Below, one piece after another: positions 47,979 through 57,332 of a stretch of DNA of 64,000 bases. The stretch comes from Candidatus Yanofskybacteria bacterium RIFCSPHIGHO2_01_FULL_41_26 (GTDB lineage: Bacteria; Patescibacteriota; Minisyncoccia; 2-02-FULL-40-12; GWA2-44-9), in assembly GCA_001794055.1 (NCBI GenBank), contig MGJB01000017.1, positions 21,339 through 85,338 of the forward strand, read 5' to 3'. Each line of letters opens with the position of its first letter. Position 1 is the stretch's first letter. A program made the position numbers and the translations under genes. Under the pieces are notes generated by a model. It ran no database searches. It saw only the letters and a list, made by a program, of their open reading frames with translations, and was not told where the DNA came from.

Positions 47979-49478
47979 ATGCAGGAGATCAGGTACGAGG
48001 ATTTGGCTGACCATTTGGCCAGCGGTAAAGATTTTATTGTTGAGCTGGGCGAACAGAAAGGTATCGGTTCCAGCAGTCTCTTGGTTCGCAAGTGCGAAAA
48101 AACATTTCTGATTGACCGCGGTGCCGCCTTTGAAGGCATTGGTACAAACAAAATTACCACCTTCCCTGTCGGCGGGAATCTTGAGGAAATCTACATTGAC
48201 CTCATGATTTTCACCCACGTGCATGCCGATCACATTTTACAAATCGTGCCGACCGTGTTGATGCACGGCGAATCACGAGTGGTATTTTCAAAGAAGACAC
48301 TAGAGGAGCTGAAAATCGTTTTGGCCGATTCTTTGTCTATTCAGAGAAAAGAAGCCAAGAAAGCCTACTACTCTGGATTACCGGCACCGAAAGCCGAGTT
48401 CAACGAAGAAGATGTTGCAACTTTTCTAGCTCGAGCCGAAGCCGGTTTTTATGAAATAGTGGACACCGATGAAGAAGATGAATGGATTACCTTTGAAGAT
48501 TGGCCAGGATGGGAATTCGGATTCACATTTTCCGGACATACTAAGGGAGCCTTCATCTCTCTCATAAAGTCGCCCGATGGCGACGGCCTCGTCTTTTCAG
48601 GCGATTTGTCCGGCCACAATCAGGAAACAACGCGAGGCGTGAAAACGTTGAGCGAAAGTTTCTTGGCAATGGCCGAATTCCGAAAATGCCGGCGAATCAT
48701 TCTTGTTACGGAAGCCACCAACGGCAACCGCGATATTGAAGAGAGCCAAGAAGAGATGGACGCCCGACTCAAGGCTGTCCTGAATGAAACCCAGCGCAAG
48801 GGTGGCCACGCTCTGATGCCGGTATTCATGGTCAATCGTGGACCAAATATCGTTACCAAATTGGTTCGTCTCGGATTTAAAGTGTTCGTTGCCGGCGGGG
48901 TCAGAAAAACCCTTGCCGTAGAAGTTGGAGCTGACATCGTTGAAAAATGGAAGGCCGACGGAACAGTCATGTTCATTGAGAACGGGCCGAACTATTCGAG
49001 CCAGATCAAGGCTGCCTCTCGAGGCGAATATGGCTTCCGGCCAATTGTTACTTCTTCGGCTACGTTAGACCAGGGAGCCGGAGTTGAATTCGCAATCGAG
49101 ATGTTGCCAGTTCCGGAAAATGTATTGATTTCGACCGGTCATCGTTTTGATGGGTCGGCCATGAAGGAGTTTTTTGAGATAAAGAACCGGCCAATTGGGC
49201 CCGGTCATACGATTGTATTGAATAGAATGGATAGAGACTTTCATTCAGTAAAACATGCGGTTAATGTCAGATGTGGCGGACACCACTTTGACTATTCCGC
49301 ACACTCAGATCGGAAAGAGTTGGTCGCATTTACAACCAACCTCAATCCTGACATTATCTTCATAAAGCATTGCACCGAAGACGGATTCAATGGTCTGGAA
49401 TCGGCCCTGCGTAGCGAGTTGAGAGAAAAGTGCCCTCCGATCAGTCGGGCGCGCCACCTCCATTTGTTTGAATTCTAA
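47979..49478 (+). CDS. beta-CASP family MBL-fold ribonuclease (RNase J/CPSF73-like)
   Basis: 499 aa. FTHVHADH (HxHxDH), FSGH, SGDLSGH, and C-terminal YSAHSD (beta-CASP motif C). Confidence 0.65.
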   Translation: MQEIRYEDLADHLASGKDFIVELGEQKGIGSSSLLVRKCEKTFLIDRGAAFEGIGTNKITTFPVGGNLEEIYIDLMIFTHVHADHILQIVPTVLMHGESRVVFSKKTLEELKIVLADSLSIQRKEAKKAYYSGLPAPKAEFNEEDVATFLARAEAGFYEIVDTDEEDEWITFEDWPGWEFGFTFSGHTKGAFISLIKSPDGDGLVFSGDLSGHNQETTRGVKTLSESFLAMAEFRKCRRIILVTEATNGNRDIEESQEEMDARLKAVLNETQRKGGHALMPVFMVNRGPNIVTKLVRLGFKVFVAGGVRKTLAVEVGADIVEKWKADGTVMFIENGPNYSSQIKAASRGEYGFRPIVTSSATLDQGAGVEFAIEMLPVPENVLISTGHRFDGSAMKEFFEIKNRPIGPGHTIVLNRMDRDFHSVKHAVNVRCGGHHFDYSAHSDRKELVAFTTNLNPDIIFIKHCTEDGFNGLESALRSELREKCPPISRARHLHLFEF

Positions 49479-49501
49479 ATTAGGGCCTTCTAGTGCCCGG
49501 G

Positions 49502-49533
49502 CCTCACGTCGCTTGACGTGAGGCCTTTTTTGT
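49502..49533 (+). terminator. rho-independent terminator (possible overlapping promoter TTGACG-17-AATAAT)
   Basis: GGCCTCACG-tcgcttg-ACGTGAGGCC + TTTTTT. Confidence 0.6.
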
Positions 49534-49559
49534 GCAATAATTAGCAACAAGGAGGTCTC

Positions 49560-50318
49560 ATGGAGACCGAGCAGACTGAACAGATCTTTGAAGAAACTAC
49601 CACCGAGGAGACTCGGAAGCTAATCCTCACTATTTCTACTATTGCCTTTGATTTCGATTTCGTTACTTCTGACCCATCAAGGTCACGGGCTGACGAAATC
49701 AAGGTTTTATTGGTAAAGAACAAGAAACCTTCCCGCAAAAGCAAAGAAGGTAAGCCGGGTGGGTTTGGACTCCCAACAGGACAAGTAGAGAGCCGTGAAG
49801 CGATACTTCATGCTGTCGAAAGAGAAACCGAGGACGAGTCTGGCTGTTCGGTGAAGAAAATAATCGGCAAACTTTTTGTGATCAAAAAGACCTTAAAGAT
49901 ACCCGGGAAGGAGAATCCGGAAAACCTTCCGAACCATCTTAATTATGAGTCCGTCCCCAACGAGATTCATGTTTTTCTTGTCGAGGCTTCCGAGCCACTA
50001 AGACGGATAAGAGAGGCTGATGAAATCGACGGCTCCGTCGAGCCGTGGAAACCTCTTCGGGAAGTATTTGAAATGCCTCTTGCTCAGGACCGGAGTGGAA
50101 GCAGGAAAAATAGCGACGGCATTTATTTTAGCCACATCAAAAGACTATATACGGCCATTGAGTCGATGATTTACAACCCCGAAGAAGAGCTAGTCGATGG
50201 TGAGGCCATCAAGCGATGGCTTGAGCCTAATCGTCAGGCTCTATACTCGGCAATGTCTGATCTTAGAAAGTCTGGTCTTCTGGAAAACTTTATTACTCCT
50301 GACGAAGCTCAGGAATAA
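49560..50318 (+). CDS. NUDIX hydrolase domain protein
   Basis: 252 aa. GQVESREAILHAVERETEDESG fits the Nudix box GX5EX7REUXEEXGU. Confidence 0.7.
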   Translation: METEQTEQIFEETTTEETRKLILTISTIAFDFDFVTSDPSRSRADEIKVLLVKNKKPSRKSKEGKPGGFGLPTGQVESREAILHAVERETEDESGCSVKKIIGKLFVIKKTLKIPGKENPENLPNHLNYESVPNEIHVFLVEASEPLRRIREADEIDGSVEPWKPLREVFEMPLAQDRSGSRKNSDGIYFSHIKRLYTAIESMIYNPEEELVDGEAIKRWLEPNRQALYSAMSDLRKSGLLENFITPDEAQE

Positions 50319-50351
50319 TAAATACCAGATTTAATTACACACGCGCCCCGC

Positions 50352-50382
50352 AATGGGGCGCTATTTTATTTTTCGAAGGACC
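50352..50382 (+). terminator. rho-independent terminator
   Basis: GCGCCCC-gcaat-GGGGCGC + TATTTTATTTTT. Confidence 0.55.
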
Positions 50383-50456
50383 CAATTAACAATACTCCCC
50401 CCTACAAATAACTCTGTTGAAAAATATTAAAACTTCGGGTATACTCAATCCTAATC

Positions 50457-52280
50457 ATGATCAAACAATTCACAAAATATATTTCAATAGTTTTCTTAAT
50501 CCTGCTTAGCGCAGCTGGTTTAGTTATGGTTTTTCAGTCCCCTTTTGAAAAAGTTGACAGTGTTTCTGTCTCAGAAATAGTAACCAAAATAAATGCCGGC
50601 CAAGTTAAAGACATAACAGTCAAAGGAGATAATCTGGAAATCGTCCTAAAAGATGGTGACAAGAAATTAACATCTCAAAAAGAGTCGGGTATTTCAGCTT
50701 TTGAAACATTGCTGAACTTAGGAACAAATAAAGACAAGCTCTCAGCTTTTAATATTCAAGTTAAAGACGAAACTGGAACAGTGGGTATGATATTGTCTTC
50801 TGTTATTCCAGTCGTTTTACCATTTCTTTTGATAGTTTTAATTTTCTGGTACATGTTTAATAAGGCTCAAAAGGGATCGATGCAAGCCTTTTCTTTCGGC
50901 AAATCTAAGGCCCGTTTGGCCAACCAGAAAAACGGAAAAAAGCAGGTTACCTTCAAAGATGTTGCCGGACTAATTGAGGCCAAGGAAGAAATATCAGAAG
51001 TTGTAGAATTCTTGAAAGACCCGAAGAAATTTCACAAACTTGGAGCCAAAATACCAAGAGGTATTTTATTAGTTGGTTCTCCGGGAACAGGAAAAACACT
51101 TTTAGCTAAAGCAGTTGCCAGCGAAGCCCATGTTCCATTTTATTTCGTTTCCGGTTCAGAATTCGTCGAAATGTTCGTTGGTGTCGGCGCCAACAGGGTC
51201 AGGGACATGTTTGAGCTAGCAAAGAAAACTGCTCCGGCAATTGTATTTATCGATGAAATAGATGCCGTAGGCAGACACCGCGGAGCTGGTCTTGGAGGCG
51301 GACATGACGAAAGAGAACAAACCTTGAACCAAATTTTGGTTGAAATGGACGGTTTTGATACTGATGCCGCCGTAATTGTAATAGCCGCGACCAACCGACC
51401 TGATATTCTTGATCCGGCTCTTTTAAGACCCGGCCGTTTTGACAGACGGATAATTTTAGATGAACCCTCAATGAAAGATCGAGAAGATATTTTAAAAATC
51501 CATGCCTTGGGTAAACCCTTGGCAAAAATGGTAAACCTTAAACTTGTTGCCGAAAGAACTCCGGGATTATCGGGGGCAGATTTGGCAAATTTAATAAATG
51601 AAGCCGCCATTCTTGCCGCAAGAAATAACCAAAAAGAAATTACACAGGATAATCTTTTTGAGGCAATTGAAAAGGTAATCTTGGGACCAGAAAGACGCAG
51701 CCACATATTTTCCAAAAAAGAAAAAGAGATAACCGCCTACCACGAAGCTGGACATGCATTGGTGTCCTTCTCGCTCCCCTTCACAGATCCGATCCACAAG
51801 GTTTCAATCGTTTCACGCGGAAGAGCGGGAGGATACACGCTCAAATTACCAACCGAAGACAAACATCTTCGATCCCGCTCTGAATTTGAGTCAGAATTAG
51901 CTGTTTTACTCGGAGGATTTGCGGCTGAAAAAATGATATTCAAAGATACTACCACCGGCGCTTCAAATGACTTGAGGGTTGCGTCCGATCTTGCCCGTCG
52001 GATGATTACCCAATATGGAATGTCCGATGTCCTCGGCCCAATAACTTTCGGTGAAAAAGAAGAACTGGTTTTTTTGGGAAAAGAAATTTCAAGCAATAAA
52101 AACTACTCCGAAACAATTGCGTTTCAGATTGATGAGGAAATTAAAAAACTGATATCAAAAGGATTAGTTTCCGCCAAAAAAGTTCTTACTCAAAAGATGG
52201 CAGTCCTCCACAAAATCGCCAAAGAATTAATCAGCAAAGAAACTCTGGAACAAAAAGATTTTTACACGTTGGTGAGGTAA
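50457..52280 (+). CDS. ftsH: ATP-dependent zinc metalloprotease FtsH
   Basis: 607 aa. N-terminal TMs. Walker [19 protein letters not shown] zinc motif. Confidence 0.9.
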   Translation: MIKQFTKYISIVFLILLSAAGLVMVFQSPFEKVDSVSVSEIVTKINAGQVKDITVKGDNLEIVLKDGDKKLTSQKESGISAFETLLNLGTNKDKLSAFNIQVKDETGTVGMILSSVIPVVLPFLLIVLIFWYMFNKAQKGSMQAFSFGKSKARLANQKNGKKQVTFKDVAGLIEAKEEISEVVEFLKDPKKFHKLGAKIPRGILLVGSPGTGKTLLAKAVASEAHVPFYFVSGSEFVEMFVGVGANRVRDMFELAKKTAPAIVFIDEIDAVGRHRGAGLGGGHDEREQTLNQILVEMDGFDTDAAVIVIAATNRPDILDPALLRPGRFDRRIILDEPSMKDREDILKIHALGKPLAKMVNLKLVAERTPGLSGADLANLINEAAILAARNNQKEITQDNLFEAIEKVILGPERRSHIFSKKEKEITAYHEAGHALVSFSLPFTDPIHKVSIVSRGRAGGYTLKLPTEDKHLRSRSEFESELAVLLGGFAAEKMIFKDTTTGASNDLRVASDLARRMITQYGMSDVLGPITFGEKEELVFLGKEISSNKNYSETIAFQIDEEIKKLISKGLVSAKKVLTQKMAVLHKIAKELISKETLEQKDFYTLVR

Positions 52281-52572
52281 GGCCAGCTCAACCCCGCCCA
52301 TTTTAGGCCTATTGGATTGCGGCCTCCGGCCTTCTTCGGACAAATGCTTAAATTAATCTCAATTTGCTTAACAAATTTTAGCGTCCGTTCCTCTCTTCGG
52401 GATTTTCCGGCTAAAATTTGTTTATTAAGCAAATTATTAGTTAATTTAAGCATTGTGTTGCCCTCGAAACCAAACGGTCTGAAAATAGGCGGGGTTGTCG
52501 CCCCACAAGAGACAGGAGTCAAACTCTGGAATAAAATTCTTAAAAAGCGTAAGATAATACTTAGTTTTCTTT

Positions 52573-52647
52573 GGGCGTGTAGCTCAGTGGTAGAGCACGG
52601 TACTTATAATACCGGGGTCGGAGGCTCGATCCCTCCCACGCCCACCA
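52573..52647 (+). tRNA. tRNA with anticodon TAT (Ile, AUA-reading)
   Basis: Manual fold: GGGCGTG/CACGCCC acceptor, anticodon stem CGGTA/TACCG, loop CTTATAA, T-arm GGAGGCTCGATCCCTCC, CCA encoded. Confidence 0.7.
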
Positions 52648-54130
52648 TAATAAAACTAGACGACTTTTTTGAAGTCAATTGATGGGCGGCACGAAGTGCC
52701 GCCCATTGATTTTCCCCTGACAAATCCTCTCCGCTCGGCGCGCGCAGCCGCGCCTCGCGGTTGGCCAAAACGAGGTTCGAGCCGAAAAGTTTTTCGGCAG
52801 CAACCTTTTTCTCAAAAAGGTTGCTCTCTTGTGCGATTTTAGGCAGAGATTCTGCCTCTTTTATCCATTCCGACATCGGTTCGAGCCAGCCAGTCCGCTT
52901 TTGTTCAAAGTTGATGATTTGCTCCTCCAGCGACTTTTTCTCGCTCATAAAGTTTCGTTTCTTTTCGAGATAAGTTTCTCGTTCAATGTCCTGTTCCAAA
53001 TAGCCATCTAAAAGTCGCTGGAGTTTAACAGTGATAATTTTTACTTTAGTTTCCGATTCTTGAACAAAAGCGGTTGCGGATTGGGCGGATTCCTTTTTGT
53101 CTTTTTCAAGTATTTTATTCATCTGTTCCGCCCAATCCGGTCTCAAAGAAAATTTTTGAAGCAGAGAGGATAACTGCCGATCCAGTTCTTCCTCGCGGAC
53201 ATAAGGTTGGCTACACTGTATGTTTTTCTTGGTGCAACGATAGTAAGTATGACCTTTTTGGATTTCGGCAGTTATCATTCTTCCGCATTCTTCACAACGC
53301 AATAAATTAGTGAAGGGTTTAGCGATTTTAGGATTACCCTTTGGTTTTCCTCTCTGCTTCATTACCTCTCGGACTTTATCAAAAATTTTCTTTGAGACTA
53401 CTGGCTGGTGCTTGCCTTCATACACCTCACCCGCATAACGAAAATGTCCATAGTAAAATGGATTGGAGAGGATAAAAGAAATTCTGTCTCGGTGAAGTTT
53501 CTTGCCGCCAGAGGAGAGAATACCATGTTGCGCCAAAAAGTTTACAATATCTTCCAAACGAGAGCTGTTTTGTCCATATAGCTCAAAGGCCTTGCGAATA
53601 ATAACTGATTTCTTTTTGTCCACAACGATTGATTTAGTACGAACATCGTTTAGATAACCAACTGGCGCAAGGCCGGGATATTCTCCTCGTCTGACTTTTT
53701 GGCGCAACCCTCGTTTGGTATTCTCACTCAAATTGTCCACATAGTATTTGCTTTGCCCAAAAGCGATATTGAGCATGAACTTACCTTGGGCGGTATTTTC
53801 ATACCAAAACTGTGGAAACTTCAGGCCCGCAAGTCCACCTGTGTCCAAAAGATAAATAATCTTTCCACCATCAACAGAATTGCGCGCCAGTCTGTCAGGA
53901 TGCCAAGCCAAAATTCCGTTTGCTTCACCGCGCTCGATGCGAGCAAACATTTCGTTAAAAATCGGTCTGCCAGGAATTTTGGCCGACTGCTTTTCCACCA
54001 ACTCCTCCACTATCTCCAAATTTTCACGCTTGGCAAACTCGCGCAATTCTGTGAGTTGCGCTTCAATCGAGAGGACTTGCTTATCCTCAACATCTGTGGA
54101 TTTGCGGGCATACAAAAAGAATTTTTGCAT
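52604..54130 (-). CDS. large serine recombinase (resolvase/invertase N-domain + recombinase + zinc-ribbon + coiled coil)
   Basis: 508 aa. N-terminal YARKSTDVEDKQVLSIEAQ (catalytic Ser). RLARN motif. C-terminal CxxC...CxxC. The 3' end overlaps the tRNA 3' end. Confidence 0.85.
   Translation of the reverse strand: MQKFFLYARKSTDVEDKQVLSIEAQLTELREFAKRENLEIVEELVEKQSAKIPGRPIFNEMFARIERGEANGILAWHPDRLARNSVDGGKIIYLLDTGGLAGLKFPQFWYENTAQGKFMLNIAFGQSKYYVDNLSENTKRGLRQKVRRGEYPGLAPVGYLNDVRTKSIVVDKKKSVIIRKAFELYGQNSSRLEDIVNFLAQHGILSSGGKKLHRDRISFILSNPFYYGHFRYAGEVYEGKHQPVVSKKIFDKVREVMKQRGKPKGNPKIAKPFTNLLRCEECGRMITAEIQKGHTYYRCTKKNIQCSQPYVREEELDRQLSSLLQKFSLRPDWAEQMNKILEKDKKESAQSATAFVQESETKVKIITVKLQRLLDGYLEQDIERETYLEKKRNFMSEKKSLEEQIINFEQKRTGWLEPMSEWIKEAESLPKIAQESNLFEKKVAAEKLFGSNLVLANREARLRAPSGEDLSGENQWAALRAAHQLTSKKSSSFIMVGVGGIEPPTPVL
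52645..52779. repeat. inverted repeat X, left copy (about 135 bp, GC-rich)
   Basis: Reverse complement matches 54335-54472 with 3 mismatches. Begins within tRNA 3' end. Contains GGGCGGCAC-gaa-GTGCCGCCC palindrome. Confidence 0.8.
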
Positions 54131-54334
54131 AAAATTATTGGTTAAAACTTAAATAGCCGCCCTTGGTGCGACAAACCCAATTGCTCGGATTTATTTCCAA
54201 AGACGGCTATTAAAAAAGCAATTGGCCCGTTTGTCGCAAATTCAGTATACCATTTCCAAAAAGAAAGCAAAAATTCTTTTTGTATATTTTGGGCAAAACA
54301 ATTCACCGAGACAGAATTTAAAATCGCACAAGAG

Positions 54335-54472
54335 CGAACCTCGTTTTGGCCAACCGCGAGGCGCGCCTGCGCGCGCCGAGCGGAGAGGATTTGTCAGGGG
54401 AAAATCAATGGGCGGCACTTCGTGCCGCCCATTGATTGACTTCAAAAAAGTCGTCTAGTTTTATTATGGTGT
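54335..54472. repeat. inverted repeat X, right copy
   Basis: Reverse complement of 52645-52779. Its 16 bp palindrome is perfect here (AATCAATGGGCGGCAC / GTGCCGCCCATTGATT). Confidence 0.8.
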
Positions 54473-54648
54473 GGCTTTACAACCAAGCTCGAAGTTATTT
54501 TAGCAGAAATTTGTAAAAACGGATAGAGTGCCGCGCTACGCGCGGCCTAACGCTTCTGAAATGCGCTCGGACGGGGCGGGAAGAAAAAGGGGTGTAGGGA
54601 AAATGAATTCCCGCCCTGTCCTCGCTATTTTCGCCGCCGCCAATTTCG
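54469..54648. repeat. inverted repeat Y, left copy (180 bp)
   Basis: Perfect reverse-complement match to 56162-56341. ORF-track pairs 54528..54758(+) and 55980..56282(-) give identical peptides because of this repeat. Confidence 0.85.
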
Positions 54649-54772
54649 TATTTCGCAAAGCGAAATACGCCGCAAGAAACAATTTTGGTATTGCCCTTGC
54701 CCCTCCCGCCCATGCGCGGGCAATATCTTTTGAGCTCCCAATTAAGTTAAAAATCTGATAAAATAAAAACAT

Positions 54773-55681
54773 ATGGCAAATTTTTATCAGCATAAAAACT
54801 ATAGTTTCCAAGATTTTGACCTCTTGGTTGATGATGGGGTTATTTATGCTTGTTATATCAAAAAGGCACCTCGCCTAATAGGCGAACATGACTCCCGCCA
54901 GCCCAATATTTATGCAATGGCAAAAAGCAAGGATAGTGTGAATTGGGAAGAAGTCGGAGATATTATTTTGCCCGTTCCAAATTCTTGGGAAGAAAGTATT
55001 TGGGCTGGCGGGATTTCCAAACAAAATGACAAATACGTTATTTACTACACCGGCACAACCATGAAAGGACGCAACGATTTTTGCAAAATAGGCAAAGCAT
55101 ATTCTGAAGACCTCGCTCATTGGGAAAAAGATTTAGAAAATCCAGTTTTTATTTTTGATTCACAAAGTCCTTACTACTCTGATGAGAAAAAATTGGCCTT
55201 TCGCGACCCTTTCTTTTTTGAACACGAGGGTAGAAAGTATATCCTTTTCTGTGCAAAAGATAAAAAACAACCAGCAGGAAAACAAGGATGTATCGGTGTA
55301 GCTGAAGAAACAGAACAAAATAAATTTTGTTGGATGCCGCCAATTTTTTCTCCCGGAATATATTTTGATGGATTAGAATGTCCTGCACTCTATAAAATCA
55401 AGGATAAATGGTATCTACTTTATGGGATTGACATGGAGAATGACGAAAAGGCATTCCGATATGCTGTAGCAGACTCCCCATTCGGGCCATATAAAACTTT
55501 TAAGGATAATCAGCTCTTATCAAGCAATAACTATACTTGCCGAATTATAAATTTTGGAGGTAAAAATTTGCTTTATCATTGGTTTAGAGATAATCAGAAT
55601 GGCAAGACGCGTGAGCGTCTTGCGCCTCCGAAAGGGGTGCACATTTTAGAAGACGGCAGAATTTCACTTTCGGAAATATAA
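54773..55681 (+). CDS. GH32-like (clan GH-J beta-fructosidase-like) five-bladed beta-propeller glycoside hydrolase
   Basis: 302 aa. FRDPFFF (RDP motif) and GLECPALY (EC motif) of GH32/GH68. N-terminal nucleophile motif not clearly seen. Confidence 0.5.
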   Translation: MANFYQHKNYSFQDFDLLVDDGVIYACYIKKAPRLIGEHDSRQPNIYAMAKSKDSVNWEEVGDIILPVPNSWEESIWAGGISKQNDKYVIYYTGTTMKGRNDFCKIGKAYSEDLAHWEKDLENPVFIFDSQSPYYSDEKKLAFRDPFFFEHEGRKYILFCAKDKKQPAGKQGCIGVAEETEQNKFCWMPPIFSPGIYFDGLECPALYKIKDKWYLLYGIDMENDEKAFRYAVADSPFGPYKTFKDNQLLSSNNYTCRIINFGGKNLLYHWFRDNQNGKTRERLAPPKGVHILEDGRISLSEI

Positions 55682-55690
55682 ACGCAAGAT

Positions 55691-56122
55691 ATGTTAATGG
55701 TTAAAACAAAAATTGGGTCGAGCAAAATTCATGGCGTAGGTGTATTCGCTGATGAGTTTATTCCGAAAGGGACAGTGATTTGGAAATTTACGCCTGGATT
55801 TGACATTTTGAGTTTTCCTGATCTTTTACAAATCTACATCTACAAATATTCGTGGAAAAGCAAGAAGAGCAAGCTATATTGTTTTTCTTCCGACAATGGG
55901 AAGTATTTTAATCACTCAAAAAATTCAAATACCATTTCGGAACACAGAGATGGTGAAGAAGAAGTTACCACAACAGCAGTTAAGGATATTCAAATCGGTG
56001 AGGAACTAACTGATAATTATTCATCATTTGAGGCAGACAGTGATGACAAAAACGTCTTAGAGGAAATTGCCAAAAAATATGCTCTTGTTGATGAGTTAGA
56101 TCCTCGTCTAAAGAAACATTGA
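55691..56122 (+). CDS. SET-domain protein (putative lysine methyltransferase)
   Basis: 143 aa. FNHSKNSN (NHSxxPN-like) and EELTDNY (ELxxDY) SET signatures. Confidence 0.6.
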   Translation: MLMVKTKIGSSKIHGVGVFADEFIPKGTVIWKFTPGFDILSFPDLLQIYIYKYSWKSKKSKLYCFSSDNGKYFNHSKNSNTISEHRDGEEEVTTTAVKDIQIGEELTDNYSSFEADSDDKNVLEEIAKKYALVDELDPRLKKH

Positions 56123-56161
56123 AATAAAATTTTTCTTTGCGGCGTGCCAGTTTTACCGGCG

Positions 56162-56341
56162 CGAAATTGGCGGCGGCGAAAATAGCGAGGACAGGGCGGG
56201 AATTCATTTTCCCTACACCCCTTTTTCTTCCCGCCCCGTCCGAGCGCATTTCAGAAGCGTTAGGCCGCGCGTAGCGCGGCACTCTATCCGTTTTTACAAA
56301 TTTCTGCTAAAATAACTTCGAGCTTGGTTGTAAAGCCACAC
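56162..56341. repeat. inverted repeat Y, right copy (180 bp)
   Basis: Perfect reverse complement of 54469-54648. Ends 12 nt before tRNA-Val. Confidence 0.85.
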
Positions 56342-56353
56342 AAGATTTATCAT

Positions 56354-56430
56354 GCGCGCTTAGCTCAGTTGGTTAGAGCGACTCGTTTACACCGAGTAGG
56401 TCGTGGGTTCGAATCCTACAGCGCGCACCA
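56354..56430 (+). tRNA. tRNA-Val (anticodon TAC)
   Basis: GCGCGCT/AGCGCGC acceptor, anticodon loop TTTACAC, T-arm GGGTTCGAATCC, CCA encoded. Confidence 0.85.
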
Positions 56431-56436
56431 GAAACA

Positions 56437-57087
56437 ATGGTGGAGAAAATAAAAAAACCGGAGCCGTTACAAACCGAGGTTGAGAGTGGAGATTTTATGT
56501 CTCCTGAAAAAGTTGCGAGCAGAGGACCAGAACACATGAAGTCTCTGCTCAAAGCAAAAGAGATGCTACTCAACGGGGAGGCGGTGGTAGAGGTTAGAAA
56601 AACAGAGAATGGCAGATACAAATCACTGTCTATTTTTAGAATAGACCCGAACACAAAAGAGAAAAAAGAACGGTTGGTATATTTTGATAATATGCGCGAA
56701 GAAATTGGTCCATTTGAACAACAACTCTGGAAAATGGGAATAGAACCGATTCATATAACGGAACCGGGTACAGAAACAATGGGGCTTAAACAAAAATTCA
56801 CTGATTTCGCACAAGATATCAAGCAATCGAAATTTTCCCGAGAGGAGACCGTCAAAAAATGGGGTACCGAACATGAGGAAATGCTGGCAGCTTTGTTTGA
56901 TTTGTTGAAAAAAGACGCAGTTAGATTAAGAGTGAAGCACAATAAAAACAAAAATACATGGAATGCAGAAATTTATTTTATAGGCACCAATGGGGTTTGG
57001 TATTATACTGATTTTCCCAATGAAATAAAAATTTTAGTTGAAACCATTTCGGATAACGGATACGAACCAGAGTACATCGAAGAGTAG
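56437..57087 (+). CDS. hypothetical cytoplasmic protein
   Basis: 216 aa charged ORF starting 7 nt after the tRNA. Confidence 0.4.
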   Translation: MVEKIKKPEPLQTEVESGDFMSPEKVASRGPEHMKSLLKAKEMLLNGEAVVEVRKTENGRYKSLSIFRIDPNTKEKKERLVYFDNMREEIGPFEQQLWKMGIEPIHITEPGTETMGLKQKFTDFAQDIKQSKFSREETVKKWGTEHEEMLAALFDLLKKDAVRLRVKHNKNKNTWNAEIYFIGTNGVWYYTDFPNEIKILVETISDNGYEPEYIEE

Positions 57088-57090
57088 CAC

Positions 57091-57127
57091 CAATATCAAA
57101 AAGGCCTAGAATGCCTTTTTGATATTG
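57091..57127. terminator. long perfect hairpin (15 bp stem), bidirectional terminator-like
   Basis: CAATATCAAAAAGGC-ctagaat-GCCTTTTTGATATTG. Overlaps the tRNA-Phe 3' end by 2 nt. Confidence 0.4.
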
Positions 57128-57200
57128 GTGCCGCGGGGGTGAATCGAACACCCAACGCCATCCTCTTCAGGGATGCGCTCTACCATTGAGCTACCGCGGC
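57126..57200 (-). tRNA. tRNA-Phe (anticodon GAA)
   Basis: GCCGCGG/CCGCGGC acceptor, anticodon loop CTGAAGA, T-arm GGGTGTTCGATTCACCC, CCA encoded. Confidence 0.85.
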
Positions 57201-57332
57201 AATTTACTTACTCAAAAATTATAGCATTTACAAGCCAATCTTTCAATCTAAATGACGATTATTTTTACGTTATCAACATAATTACCCACAAAAACCGAAC
57301 CCCTGTGATATAATAAAGCTATTACCTGTTAC

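Noticed and set aside
54528-54758. Identical 76/100 aa ORFs (MPRYARPNASEMRSDGAGRKRGVGK…) at 54528..54758(+) and 55980..56282(-)
   Set aside because: They arise because the 180 bp inverted repeat Y is read on both strands. They are GC-rich repeat sequence, not likely genes.
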